Virus record (IMG/VR): IMGVR_UViG_3300029319_000002
Location: 1 to 64,000 of that record
Source: a virus
DNA: 64,000 bases
Direction: 5' to 3' (one strand)
Positions 48,701 through 58,066 of the stretch are shown piece after piece. The notes beneath the pieces are model-generated. The model ran no database searches and was not told the DNA's origin. It worked only from the letters and a program-made list of their open reading frames with translations. The position numbers were made by a program, and so were the translations under genes. Each line of letters starts with the position of its first letter. Within the stretch, counting starts at the first letter, position 1.

Positions 48701-51546
48701 TTACTGGACTTCCAAAACTATATCAGTGTCATTTGCATAGACCATCTATTGTTAATTCTTCCGCACACACTTGGGAATATGCAGGATCTGGTATTGATTA
48801 TAATGCTCTTCCTCAAAACGGTGGAATTGCCAATGCTGAATTTGAACAATATAACGAAAATGGTGGACAAGTATTTACTTCTGGAACTAATGAACTTGGT
48901 GACTTTAAGGTTGGTAAGTCAATTACTGCATTCAACAGAACTGGTAACATTGATTTCCAAAATAAAGTCACAATTGGTCAATTAGATTCACTTGAACTAT
49001 CACTATCTGGTGGTGTCAAAATTACAGAAATTTCTATAAGTAGAGAACTTGGGAATGATGAAATCGGTGGACCATCTGATGCTAGATTGGCAACACAAGC
49101 TGCCACTTATGGATATCTAACTGGACATTTAGGACCTTTCATTGATCAAAATAAATCAACTGCACCAATTCCTTCTGCTGTTCCACAATTAAATTCTCAG
49201 GGTCTATTAGATCCTGGAATGATTCCTGCTCAAATCAGATTTAACAATGTATTTGAAACAAATGTTAGTGGTGGTAGAACAGATTTATGTAATGATATTC
49301 CTGCAATCGAAGTATTAAAATCTGATATTGTCACTGAAGAATTTGTTGGTGCTGGTGAGACAACAACCACCACTTCTAACTTTACAATGACTTTCGAGAA
49401 TGAAAGTCAATTCTTAGTTCTTAGTTCAGATACTGATGATTTTGCCTTTGATAATGGAGATATTGTAACTGCATCTCAAAATGGAGCTACCGGAATTGTA
49501 ACTACACCCACACATATCTCTTACGGAAGTACTGGACTGGTTAAAGGTGTTATTAATACAATTAGTGTCAGTGCTGGTGGAACTGGATATAATGTTGCTG
49601 GAATTTATAGTGGTGTAAACTTAATTTCTACAACAGGAATTGGAACATCTGCTATTGCTGATGTTACTGTTAATTCTCTAGGAGAAGTTGAAAATATTAA
49701 TATCAGAAGGGGTGGTAGATTTTATGCATCTGGAGATACATTTATTGTAGATCCTCAAGCGATTGGTGGAGTAGATGTTGGATTTACAACATTTACTGCT
49801 AGTGTTACCAATGTTGATACTAGATTATACGTAGATCTCATTGGAGATAAATCTCAATTCTTCGCAACTCAAAGTGTTCCTGATTTTATCTCTGATGGAA
49901 CTGTATCTGCAGGATCAACTGACTTTTCAACTGTTTATACTGAAACTTTCTTACCAACTTCTGTTGGTGTTGGTGGTAGTATTTTCTTTAGTGAAAATGC
50001 AATTTTAATTGATACAGACACATACGACTTTGATGACGGAGATCCAGTTCTCTATACTGTCACTGGAGGAACTGTATTAGGACAACTTGAGAACAACAAA
50101 ACTTATTTTGTTAAAAAAGTTGGTGTAAATTCTATCAGATTATCTACAACATATGATGGCAATAACATTGTCACTTTAGATGCATCCGGAACCGGAACAC
50201 ATCAACTAAAGAGACTAGGTGTTAGTACTGCTACGGATTTTATTGTATTCAAAGATCATGGATTTACTCTAGGAAAATCTTTAAAATATACCTCAGGTGA
50301 TGGTCCTGCAGGTATTTCTACAGGAAGTTATTATTTTGTTGGATCTGTAGTGACTAATGGATTCACATTACATGATGTGAGACAAGATGCTCTCAATTCT
50401 ATTAATGGATCTACAGTTAATGCTAGAGATTTAACCACTGTTGGTAGTGGAATTGGAACTTTTGATGAGCAAAATGTCACATTTGTAAGCACCATTAACA
50501 CTTCTTCTAATAACAAAAATAATTTCAGTATTCTAGTTTCGTCTGCAGATATTGATGCTTCTAATGTTATTAGTGGTGTACTTGAAGCTGATAGATTGGC
50601 AATAAATGGAACTCCAAGCAATACAACATTTTTAAGGGGTGATAGCACTTGGGCTGGTGCTGTTCAAAGTATTGCTGTTGGTGTAGGAACAACATCTGCA
50701 ATTAATGTCTTCCCTGGCACTCCATCAGTAAGTATTGTTGGAAGTGGAATTAACACATATTATGGTAATTTAAGACTAGATGTTCAGGGTGTTTCAACTG
50801 ATACTGCATTAATTGGAGCAGATGAATATTCTACACTTGGTGTTGTTAGATTGAGATGGAAAGATGGTTCTGATACAGGACCATTTAAAGTGACTAATGA
50901 TGATTTCTTAGTTGATTTACAGAGCACTGTTAGTGGAACAAATGATAATAGCATTGATGCTTACAGATTCCAAGGTCAAACTCTTGCTGATGTTGTTAAT
51001 TTATCAACTCAATCTGTAAACGGTAACAGCAGAGGAACTTTAACTACATTAAATGGTGGAACTGGTGCAGCAAATAATGCTGCAACTACTGGTCAGATGC
51101 TGGTTTGTAATACTGCTGGAGAGTTTAATACATCTTCTGCACCAACATTAAATGGTAAACTCGGTATTGGATTCTTTAGTGCCACTGCTTCCGATATTAA
51201 AGGAACATTAGATATTGATCAATTAGCATCTCATGATACTACATCAACAACTACAACCACAACAACACAAACCTCTATCTTTAGTTTTGATAAATCCGTA
51301 TTCAGAACTGCAAAAGTTTTAATTTCCATAACTGATGCAGATGGATCTAATTATCACTCCACTGAAATGCTTGTAATTCATGATGGAACTGATGCATATA
51401 AGACCGAATATGGTTCTATTTTTACCTCACAATTAGCAACATTTGCTGTTGATGTGAGTGGAACAAATGTAAGAATTCTTGCAACTCCTGCATCTTCAAA
51501 CTCAATCACATTCAAGGTTTATGCCAGTGGTTTAATACGAGTTTGA
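42775..51546 (+). CDS. Giant tail-fibre/adhesin-like protein (2923 aa)
   Basis: Gly/Thr-rich repeats; RIYVSASLGND..DG..PVKTIKKA pectin-lyase-like beta-helix; HTF/HGF beta-sandwich repeats. Confidence 0.85.
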   Translation: MSKEQISYNFSSTEVIKEEIEVHNLTIESIDKELPKSQAKGEAFTKLIAVVDQELFSKVSRVNELVDEIKGFHEARLAGTGSIGDLNAILETYQTNVVGLGLLTPFNDPLFNPNTSNTGNNYLNSNLNKAAWFSNIGISSVVVGHTTTANKSTRGVFEPVYSPEFEYRYRIQEPCNIELNEEDHWDGATYEFKIVEREPGTYKQSADGGIRAEYVPKLICPIDERPNGAGEITINKINIRIYGYDLEGENPVEIVESDLSEDTVGIGTLNIIEDVKNVYDVGINTNNSISFSFDGQTFSGNITEGSSNYNAYIKPRLDEIDDLRKEIQDLNIDINKMKDMRIKTDLYTWSLAFSKNDTNDQKNKKFNTIGTFNKFQDKYKEVLNFPEPKNEEITRGKTFAELTEEEKGELSETYGLGIPKNIKPKVGEDNQPITNPVTGKKVYISDDGFNTNYDEKKLKRFLKKNPSATLFNDFTITESGSIVVIDSTGTATTFTGITTQINRVTSGGMNSGNVGSGVSIVPQDFNLPTGIPTSNVLPSPASEVGLAVTFSGSIGVATLAWQEGYFDEVTANVFVGAATSIRAASIDNSLDEDLPLLITVGASTDTRADITPVVNHKLTFNPFSGELSVGIISATELIVETGVIGIATAANVEDGGSDTDGILLFTDFIGNAANVLGDSGIRVNPSRNEIIASRFTGIVSATDVTAGVATLSELGVAGIITAAESEIAFFQTQYFARSWPYHDWTNSQKGVTLRTPGQNIIIQAGGAQTTRSYVSLTNGGGVWIGGGYQDPEGVNINAGSGDVKITGGDVGIGSTQPTAKLDVDGTLNVSGVSTFTGSISLPDSSGDTVGRALFGDNDDLRIYHDGNNSIIQEVGAGDLRLAGNVVKLNNSNNTATMVKATDGGSVELNYNNSKKLETDDSGIDVTGHIEADTLNVSGVTTVGTIGAGTGDITTLNSTTISNSGHLESGFIDVGIVTANTGIITSGYVEQLSVEEQIFTTDGNTDINSTFDQITISSDAQGRSFTDSDQVIYVAGSPGIGGLTNGQFYYVQTVGINTIKLYSDSALSSLVEVTPSGSDGVHTFRKTEVGIGTIEKFYSTSAEIKDVNVTGVATVAFSTTTDAYIGFSTINNLQIRGPVVADLFDISNFVYDNNTGISTITVASDITFSAGDRVTLSGIAFTCPDGSGITTTVFPDGTQGFEYLVNTKLTNRIFTTNVGISTIIHTYDSGGQVTFGLNNSYQFPNTDGAAGQILKTDGSGTLTFEAPDTFGGNRIYVSASLGNDINDGKSAPVKTIKKAAQLAAAESYLYPVTIMVAGGNYVEDNPIILADDVAVVGDNLRRVVVRPKNKLRDCFRIRNGCYVTGVVFKDNVTFPAGAGVRHDILDQAGNYAKILVNGETGTATTYRTFINPVVTPVVSSASTVGICSRIDDLIKLTKDSLTDEKTSLPTRSAGNTDQEFTDAGNLIIANIGASAGVASVAYIPGNAVGWSTAGGGGNFTLSDTQITEFEEEVHNIVFGIADDLRYGGTFGNEYTLKKIRDLVVGTPSFAFDYIVSFDDPLDTTTSRDGYVGLSSDKPRITQSPYIQNCSIISFLGANGCNVDGSKIIQENEPIVEEEAEVPFVGDVPDQGKSMVANAFTAVTFGGIGWKVSNAGYAQIVSCFQIFCQIGSYAQSGGYLSITNSATNFGLYALRASGFRAQAFEFDKGFIFSDGTSGANQTLRVGGLKRAEQDLYVLRFINDDTGVDQTENFKTAGITTSLSSSGINTITDRIDISGVSASLSDSDGLLYIAPSNEKQIGGLVNDTTYYIKKIGTGTTATLHFDDELRNQIDLTEVPAGIHTFTKVAEEFIASEIIERSTTYQNLTLADPIGVGVTFVPGTSISQVRSDNAVAVGFAVTWTSSVLTVSVENSIDADNATARVLFQTTATAAAGSGDGKVNDENDVKTSINAVESRSDLHTINFKVDSTITGNPIIGITGLPKLYQCHLHRPSIVNSSAHTWEYAGSGIDYNALPQNGGIANAEFEQYNENGGQVFTSGTNELGDFKVGKSITAFNRTGNIDFQNKVTIGQLDSLELSLSGGVKITEISISRELGNDEIGGPSDARLATQAATYGYLTGHLGPFIDQNKSTAPIPSAVPQLNSQGLLDPGMIPAQIRFNNVFETNVSGGRTDLCNDIPAIEVLKSDIVTEEFVGAGETTTTTSNFTMTFENESQFLVLSSDTDDFAFDNGDIVTASQNGATGIVTTPTHISYGSTGLVKGVINTISVSAGGTGYNVAGIYSGVNLISTTGIGTSAIADVTVNSLGEVENINIRRGGRFYASGDTFIVDPQAIGGVDVGFTTFTASVTNVDTRLYVDLIGDKSQFFATQSVPDFISDGTVSAGSTDFSTVYTETFLPTSVGVGGSIFFSENAILIDTDTYDFDDGDPVLYTVTGGTVLGQLENNKTYFVKKVGVNSIRLSTTYDGNNIVTLDASGTGTHQLKRLGVSTATDFIVFKDHGFTLGKSLKYTSGDGPAGISTGSYYFVGSVVTNGFTLHDVRQDALNSINGSTVNARDLTTVGSGIGTFDEQNVTFVSTINTSSNNKNNFSILVSSADIDASNVISGVLEADRLAINGTPSNTTFLRGDSTWAGAVQSIAVGVGTTSAINVFPGTPSVSIVGSGINTYYGNLRLDVQGVSTDTALIGADEYSTLGVVRLRWKDGSDTGPFKVTNDDFLVDLQSTVSGTNDNSIDAYRFQGQTLADVVNLSTQSVNGNSRGTLTTLNGGTGAANNAATTGQMLVCNTAGEFNTSSAPTLNGKLGIGFFSATASDIKGTLDIDQLASHDTTSTTTTTTTQTSIFSFDKSVFRTAKVLISITDADGSNYHSTEMLVIHDGTDAYKTEYGSIFTSQLATFAVDVSGTNVRILATPASSNSITFKVYASGLIRV

Positions 51547-51547
51547 T

Positions 51548-51554
51548 CTAAATA
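51548..51554 (+). promoter_or_regulatory. Late promoter
   Basis: CTAAATA. Confidence 0.7.
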
Positions 51555-51597
51555 GTAATACAATAAAGAAAGACACAAGGGGGGATAGTGAACTCCT

Positions 51598-54500
51598 ATG
51601 GCAAATAGAGATTTTAAGGTACGCCACGGTTTAAATGTTTGTGGGAACTCCAGTTTAGGAGGAGACGTTGCGATATCTGGAAATTTAGATATAGGAGGTA
51701 ATCTATCACTGGAGAGTGCAGATCTCAGTGGTGATTTACAAGTATCTGGTGCTGCATCTTTTGGATCATTAAAGGTTGCTGGAACAACATCACTGCAAGG
51801 TGGTCTTATAGTTGATACATCTCTAGATGTTCAAACTACATTACAAGCAGATGCTATAAGTGCTAGTGGTCAGTTACAAGTTGATGGAACTACATCTCTT
51901 AAGGATACACTAACTGTTAGTGGACTTACATCATTACAAGGTGGTCTTGTAGTTGATACATCTATGGATGTTCAATCCACATTACAGGCAAATACTATTA
52001 GTTCTTCTGGTCAGTTAATAGTACAGCAACAAGCACTTATTGCAGGTCAAACTTCTGTTGGTGGAACTTTAAAAGTTACGGGAGAGTCTCAGGTTGCCAC
52101 TATTAGTTCTTCTGGTCAGTTAATAGTACAGCAACAAGCACTTATTACAGGTCAAACTTCTGTTGGTGGAAATTTAAAAGTTACTGGTGCCACAACATTA
52201 TGTTCAACATTAGAAGTACAGGGTACAACTACTCTTTCCGGTGATGTTCAAGCAAAGGGCAATTTAAGTGTTGGTGGTGATTTAATTGTTTCTGGAGCAC
52301 TTCAAGTTGGTGGTTCCGGAGGATCTGGTTTTAGTGTTGATAGTCCTGCAACTTTTGGAAATACTGTAACGATATCTGGTACAACTACTCTTTGCTCTGA
52401 TTTGAGTATTGGGGGAGGAGGAAAAATCACAATATCTAGTAATACAACTCCTCATATTCAACTAAAAGGTGATGGTCCTCACAAACTTAGATTTCACGAT
52501 GCTGGAACTACATCACAATCAAAAGCATTAGACTTAGTTTATAGGACAAATCCAAATACTTTAGGATTTGAAAAAGCATCTGATGAAACAAAGATATGGG
52601 AAACTGATGTTGATGATTTAAAAACTACTTTTCATGAACAAGTACTTATATCAGGAACTATTTGTGCCGGAACTGCTATCATTGCAGGAGCTTTGCAAGT
52701 ATCTGGAGGTGCAGACTTTCATTCAACTCTTCAAGTCTCTGGAAATGCAAGTGTTGGTGGAAATTTTTCAACTAATACCTTAAGTGTCGGTGGTTCAACT
52801 ATCCTTTCTGGTGCTGTTCAAGCAAAAAGTGATATCAGTGTCGGTGGTTCAACTATCCTTTCTGGTGATGTTCAAGCAAAAAGTGATATCAGTGTTGGTG
52901 GAAAACTTGTAGTCGGTGGAAGTACAATATGTGGATCTGCTATTTTAGCTTCTAATGTTTCAACTCAATTTTTACAAGTTTCTAGCAATACACGTATCGG
53001 TGGAGTATTACAAGTTACTGGATCAATTTCTGCCCCTGGTGGCATTCATGCAGCTGGTGGTGATATTCAAACATCTGGAACTATTTCTGGAACTCAACTT
53101 AAGTTTGTGAGTGCTAGTGGTCAGAGAATGACCGTATCTAATCTAGATTCTGTCTCCGGTAGAGTTGGAACTTTATCTGCCACTAAATTTAATTTTACTA
53201 GTGCTGGTGGTCAGAGAATGACCATATCTTCTGCTACTATAACATCACTAAATGTAAGCACAATTACTGTTAATCAGCAGGGCAACATTGCTCGAAGAAT
53301 TAGTGGAACTGTCGCAAGTAATAATTCATCTTATGTAACTGCATTTACTGTAACTGGTAATAATCTGGCATCATGCATTGAAGTATTCTTTGAAGGATCT
53401 ATTGCTAACGTTGTAGTTGCATGTTATGCAGAAATTGTAGTTAATCATAGTGGTGATATAAGTATTCGCACTCACCAAGGACAGTATGTAACACTAGATG
53501 TTCAAGTTATTAGTAATGGTGATGAAGATTTTGCAGTATTGGTTAAGAGAAATGGTGGAGTAGCAGGAACTGCAAACCTTAACTTTAATGTTTATCCAAA
53601 AGGTGATGAAACTGTTACTGCAACATCAACTAACCCTTATTCAGGAACAACATTTACTCATACTGGTGCAAGAGGAACAAAGATAACTGCAACTGGTGGA
53701 AATCCTCATAAATTTGAAACTGACGGTGCCATTGTTGGTGGAAAGACACTAACAGTTAGTGGACTTACATCACTACAAGGTGGTCTTGTAGTTGATACAT
53801 CTATGGATGTTCAGACCTTATTACAAGCAGATACTATTAGTGCTAGTGGTAATCTTACAGTTAAAGGTAGTAGTGTTCTTTCTGGTAAAGTAACAGCAAA
53901 GTCTAATTTAAGTGTTGCTGGTTCAAGTATCCTTTCTGGTGCAGTTCAAGCAAAGAACACTTTATGTGTTGGTGGAAGTGGAACTATTGCTGGAGTATCA
54001 TTTGATAAAGGTTGGGTGAGAATTGGAACTGCTGATGCTGGAATTGCAATGGATCCCAACGAGATTTACTTTGCTGGTGCTGGTAATCTTGGAACATTAT
54101 CTGGTCACTTAACTCTGAATCCTGCACAAAGTATTGTCACCAGTAAAGTATTTGATTCTACTGCTAATATTCAAACCACTGCTATTATTTCAGGAACGCA
54201 ACTCAGATGCACATCATTTGCAGGAACAACTGTTGATGTTACAGGAACTTTACAAGTATCTGGATCTACATCTTTAGGGTCACTAAAAGTTGCTGGAACC
54301 ACATGCTTACAAAATACTACAGTTGTTAATAGTGCATTACAACTAAAAAGTGAACTAGATTTTATTGGTGGTACTAATGGAAAAATAATTGACTTTACGT
54401 TAAGTTCTAACACTACTGCAACTCTTAGAAGTCATGATGCTAATAATCAAAACTTTCATAATATGCTAATTATGCACCGTGCTGGTGCTGTTGAGTTATT

Positions 54501-57500
54501 CCATAATAATCAATCTAAAGCAGCAACTACAGCAGGTGGACTTGCTATTACCGGAACATTATGTGCTAGTCAAGATGTCAAAGTTGCTGGTCAATTAAGG
54601 GCAACAGGTGCTGTTTCTGTTGATGGGAGTGCTCATGTTGCTCAAGGTTTACAAGTAGGAGGAACTGCATCTATAAATGCACTAAGAGTTGCTGGAGCTA
54701 CATGTGCTCAAGGACAAGCATTTGTAAATGGGTCTTTAAGAGTTACTGAAAATTTGACAGTTTCTGGTGCTACTGCCACAGTGGTTGCTCTTGATGCTAA
54801 TCATGTTCAGGCATCTGGAGTTCTTTCAGGAACTCAACTCAGATGCACCAGTGCTTCTGTTGGTGGAACATTAGTAGTTGGTGGAACAGCATCTTTTAAA
54901 GGTGCTCTAAATGTTTCTGGAACATTAAGTGCTCGTAAGTATAGTTTTGAACCCTATGGTGTTGTTCCTGCCTATAGTAATAATTCCTATCAAACAATCA
55001 CATATAACTCAGCAGAAAGTGCAATAGAACTATTTTCTTCTAGTGATACTGCCATTGGAATGGCATTCCCTGCATGGAAAGTTAATGTAAATCCAGGAAA
55101 CAAGTGGCAGATTACGATGCAAATTCGTGCATCAGCAAATACCACTGGTGGTGTTTACATTAGAGTTTATGAATATGATGCAGAATTACCTAATGGAAAA
55201 ATCGCAGTATCTCATGAAGCAAGTAACTCACTAGTCCAAGAAGATACAAGAGGAAAAGCATTATCACCAATATATGAAAATCAAAATGGAAGCACTACAT
55301 GGCAGACTTTAACATTTGAATACACTCCTACTGGCAGTGCAGTTTGGGCATCTATTGTTGTCTTGAACTGGACAGGATTAGGAACAAATAGATTATATGT
55401 AAGAGAACCTCAGATCAATAGTATTCTTGAGAACGTTAATGTTGGTAGTAATGTTCAAGTTGCTGGACACGTTTCTGCTGGTGGTTATGGACATTTTGGA
55501 CAAGCTTTACAAGTATCTGGATCTGCATCTTTAGGGTCACTAAAAGTTGCTGGCACTACATGTTTACAAGGTCAAGCAATTGCAGAGCAGTTACAAGTTC
55601 ATGGAATAACTAGCACTGTTCAATCAATAAGAACAGCAGCACAATCACAAACTAATGCTAATGGTATTGGTGGACTTGCAATATATTCCTCATCTATATC
55701 TTGGGCTGGAATATCAATTACTGGTCCCGGTGCTACTAAAACTTTGGGTATTCATTATGGTGGACAGAATGATAATACTTTAAGATTTGGAAGATATCAA
55801 AAAGCTGCAAGTATTACTCAAGGTGGTAATTATGAAGCAAATCCAGTCATGTTTGACATGGATAATGGAGCAATTCAGACTATAGGACAGGTAAATGCAC
55901 AAGGTGATTTATTCTGTAATGGACAAGTAAGAACAGCTGCTCAAGTTTCTGCTGCTGGAGATGTAAGAGCAATAGGTCAATTAAGATCAAATGCTCAAGT
56001 TTCTGTTGCAGGTGGTGTTATTGCAAAAGGAGGTTTACAAGTATCTGGAACTGGATCTTTTGGAGCATTAAAAGTTGCTGGAGTTTTATCTGCACAAGGT
56101 GGTTTAGTTATTGATAGTTCATTTAATTGTCAGATCGTAGCACAATTCAATAATATTAGTTGTTCTGATAATATAAGAGTTGATGGACAAATTAGTGCTC
56201 AAGGTTCTATTCTTGCTGGCCAAACTTTAAGAGCAGGTGGTAACTTATGTGGTCAAGGAAACACATTTTGCAATCAACTTTTAAGAGTTGGTGGAACTGC
56301 ATGTTTGCAAGGTGTAGCAGTTGTTAATAGTCACATAGATTTGAAAAGTGAACTGAATTTCGTTGGTGCTACCAATAAGTATATGGACTTTATGTTGGTA
56401 TCCAGTAATCAAGCTACATTTAATGCCAATTTTAGAAGTATGAATCACCAATCCCAGGTATTTCATACTCATTTAGTTTTTAATCGTGGTGCTGCTGTTG
56501 ATTTATATCATAATAATAATTTAAAGGCAGCAACTAGATCCGGTGGATTCTATGTTTCTGGAACATTATCTGTTGTTCAAGATGTAAAAGCAGGAGGACA
56601 AATAAGAGCAGCAGGTGCATTATCTTGTAATGGTAGTGGTCACTTTAGTCAAGGAGTGCAAGTATGTGGAACTGTTTCTTGTAATGGATTACATGCTGCT
56701 GGTGGTAATATTCAAACAACTGGTGCTATTTCTGGTAATACTGTAGTTGGTCAAACACTTCAGTATAACACCCGTGTAAATGGAAATAACCAGGCTCAAT
56801 ATGACAAACTAAGAGTATGGAATAATGGTAATTATGCAATCGGCATGAATAATGCAATGACTGGTGCACATTTGAATGATTATGCGATGACATTTACCAT
56901 GAATAATGAGCAGGATCGTGGTTTTGTGTTTAGACATAGTGGTATGAATAAAGCACAATATGCGATGGCAATGAATGTTTCTGGAAGAACTGCTATTGCT
57001 CACGGATTAAGAGTTGGATATGGCGTTAATTGGCAAGGTGATCCAGGAACTAATCAAATACACTCAGCAGGTGATGTTTATGCTGGTGGACAATTAAGAG
57101 CAGCAGGTGCTGTTTCTGTTAATGGAAGTGCTCATGTTGCTCAAGGTTTACAAGTAGGAGGATCCATTTCTTGTAATGGATTACATGCTGCTGGTAGTAA
57201 TATTCAAACAACTGGTGCTATTTCTGGTGGTCAACTATTAACTGGTGGTCAAGTTCTTGCTGGTGGAAAGGTCAGAGGAACTCAAGTTTGTGCTCAGGCA
57301 CAATGCCTTGTAAACAATCAATTAAGAGTTAGTCAGGGAACTATTCTCAATGGTACTACAAGTATTAAAACTGCAAATGGAACAACACACTGGAATGGAC
57401 AAAACCAAAGAAGAAGTGTAGTATGGAGAAATGATGGTGGACACTATTACTTACTAATTACTGGACAGCAAAATAATGCAAACACATCTTGGAATAGTTG

Positions 57501-58053
57501 GAGACCGTTTTATGTAAGTCTTTCTAATGCATATGTCAATTTTAGAAGATTAATGATAACACAGCAGATAACCGCATGTGGTCAAATTCAATGTAAGGGA
57601 AAGGTTTCTGCTGTGTGTGGTTTTGGTGGTGGTGGTGCCGACTTTGCTGAATATTTTGAATGGGCAGATGGTAATCCAAACGTATCAGATCGTGTTGGAA
57701 GATCTGTTGTAGTTACAGGATCAAGTGGAAAGATTGGTATTGCTACTACCGGACAAACTCCATTTGGAGTTGTAACTGGAAGAGCAGCATTTGTTGGTAA
57801 TACTGCTGGTCGTTGGCACCAAAGATACTTAAAAGATGAATATCTTAGAACTATTAAAGATGAAAATGGAAATGATGTTCCTAATCCTGAATTTAACTCT
57901 GCCTGCACTTATTTTACCAGAGAACAAAGAGCAGAATGGGATCCTATTGGAATGATGGGTAAAATTCCTGTTCGTGTAGGTGAACCTCTCAATCCTAATT
58001 GGATGAAACTAAGAGTTATTTCACCTACGGTTGAAGAATATCTCGTAAGGTGA
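51598..58053 (+). CDS. Tail-fibre protein (2151 aa) with carbohydrate-binding-like insert and C-terminal peptidase G2-type autocleaving chaperone
   Basis: Beta-repeat shaft; Trp-rich jelly-roll-like segment about 54950-55430; GADFAEYFEW...REQRAEWDPIGMMGKIPVR tail. Confidence 0.85.
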   Translation: MANRDFKVRHGLNVCGNSSLGGDVAISGNLDIGGNLSLESADLSGDLQVSGAASFGSLKVAGTTSLQGGLIVDTSLDVQTTLQADAISASGQLQVDGTTSLKDTLTVSGLTSLQGGLVVDTSMDVQSTLQANTISSSGQLIVQQQALIAGQTSVGGTLKVTGESQVATISSSGQLIVQQQALITGQTSVGGNLKVTGATTLCSTLEVQGTTTLSGDVQAKGNLSVGGDLIVSGALQVGGSGGSGFSVDSPATFGNTVTISGTTTLCSDLSIGGGGKITISSNTTPHIQLKGDGPHKLRFHDAGTTSQSKALDLVYRTNPNTLGFEKASDETKIWETDVDDLKTTFHEQVLISGTICAGTAIIAGALQVSGGADFHSTLQVSGNASVGGNFSTNTLSVGGSTILSGAVQAKSDISVGGSTILSGDVQAKSDISVGGKLVVGGSTICGSAILASNVSTQFLQVSSNTRIGGVLQVTGSISAPGGIHAAGGDIQTSGTISGTQLKFVSASGQRMTVSNLDSVSGRVGTLSATKFNFTSAGGQRMTISSATITSLNVSTITVNQQGNIARRISGTVASNNSSYVTAFTVTGNNLASCIEVFFEGSIANVVVACYAEIVVNHSGDISIRTHQGQYVTLDVQVISNGDEDFAVLVKRNGGVAGTANLNFNVYPKGDETVTATSTNPYSGTTFTHTGARGTKITATGGNPHKFETDGAIVGGKTLTVSGLTSLQGGLVVDTSMDVQTLLQADTISASGNLTVKGSSVLSGKVTAKSNLSVAGSSILSGAVQAKNTLCVGGSGTIAGVSFDKGWVRIGTADAGIAMDPNEIYFAGAGNLGTLSGHLTLNPAQSIVTSKVFDSTANIQTTAIISGTQLRCTSFAGTTVDVTGTLQVSGSTSLGSLKVAGTTCLQNTTVVNSALQLKSELDFIGGTNGKIIDFTLSSNTTATLRSHDANNQNFHNMLIMHRAGAVELFHNNQSKAATTAGGLAITGTLCASQDVKVAGQLRATGAVSVDGSAHVAQGLQVGGTASINALRVAGATCAQGQAFVNGSLRVTENLTVSGATATVVALDANHVQASGVLSGTQLRCTSASVGGTLVVGGTASFKGALNVSGTLSARKYSFEPYGVVPAYSNNSYQTITYNSAESAIELFSSSDTAIGMAFPAWKVNVNPGNKWQITMQIRASANTTGGVYIRVYEYDAELPNGKIAVSHEASNSLVQEDTRGKALSPIYENQNGSTTWQTLTFEYTPTGSAVWASIVVLNWTGLGTNRLYVREPQINSILENVNVGSNVQVAGHVSAGGYGHFGQALQVSGSASLGSLKVAGTTCLQGQAIAEQLQVHGITSTVQSIRTAAQSQTNANGIGGLAIYSSSISWAGISITGPGATKTLGIHYGGQNDNTLRFGRYQKAASITQGGNYEANPVMFDMDNGAIQTIGQVNAQGDLFCNGQVRTAAQVSAAGDVRAIGQLRSNAQVSVAGGVIAKGGLQVSGTGSFGALKVAGVLSAQGGLVIDSSFNCQIVAQFNNISCSDNIRVDGQISAQGSILAGQTLRAGGNLCGQGNTFCNQLLRVGGTACLQGVAVVNSHIDLKSELNFVGATNKYMDFMLVSSNQATFNANFRSMNHQSQVFHTHLVFNRGAAVDLYHNNNLKAATRSGGFYVSGTLSVVQDVKAGGQIRAAGALSCNGSGHFSQGVQVCGTVSCNGLHAAGGNIQTTGAISGNTVVGQTLQYNTRVNGNNQAQYDKLRVWNNGNYAIGMNNAMTGAHLNDYAMTFTMNNEQDRGFVFRHSGMNKAQYAMAMNVSGRTAIAHGLRVGYGVNWQGDPGTNQIHSAGDVYAGGQLRAAGAVSVNGSAHVAQGLQVGGSISCNGLHAAGSNIQTTGAISGGQLLTGGQVLAGGKVRGTQVCAQAQCLVNNQLRVSQGTILNGTTSIKTANGTTHWNGQNQRRSVVWRNDGGHYYLLITGQQNNANTSWNSWRPFYVSLSNAYVNFRRLMITQQITACGQIQCKGKVSAVCGFGGGGADFAEYFEWADGNPNVSDRVGRSVVVTGSSGKIGIATTGQTPFGVVTGRAAFVGNTAGRWHQRYLKDEYLRTIKDENGNDVPNPEFNSACTYFTREQRAEWDPIGMMGKIPVRVGEPLNPNWMKLRVISPTVEEYLVR
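51994..52184 (+). repeat. 105-bp period near-identical duplication in the fibre gene
   Basis: actattagttcttctggtcagttaatagtacagcaacaagcacttatt at 51994 and 52099. Confidence 0.9.
52783..52901 (+). repeat. 54-bp tandem repeat (SVGGSTILSG[A/D]VQAKSDI)
   Basis: Copies start at 52783, 52837 and (partial) 52891. Confidence 0.9.
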
Positions 58054-58058
58054 TATAA

Positions 58059-58066
58059 TATAAATA
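58059..58066 (+). promoter_or_regulatory. T4 consensus late promoter
   Basis: TATAAATA. Confidence 0.75.

Larger units (their letters stand above)
41181..56570 (+). repeat. Three copies of a ~240-bp fibre module shared by two genes
   Basis: LKSELDF...LYHNNNLKAAT...GTL at about 41181-41425, 54330-54566 and 56340-56570, with long identical DNA stretches. Confidence 0.9.

Noticed and set aside
41181-56570. Fibre repeats as DGR template/variable repeats
   Set aside because: No reverse transcriptase in the window; differences are not adenine-specific; all copies lie within ORFs
33025-58053. Codon reassignment explaining the Cys/Gln-rich fibres
   Set aside because: Core enzymes translate full length with correct motifs under the standard code, and all three stop codons end genes normally
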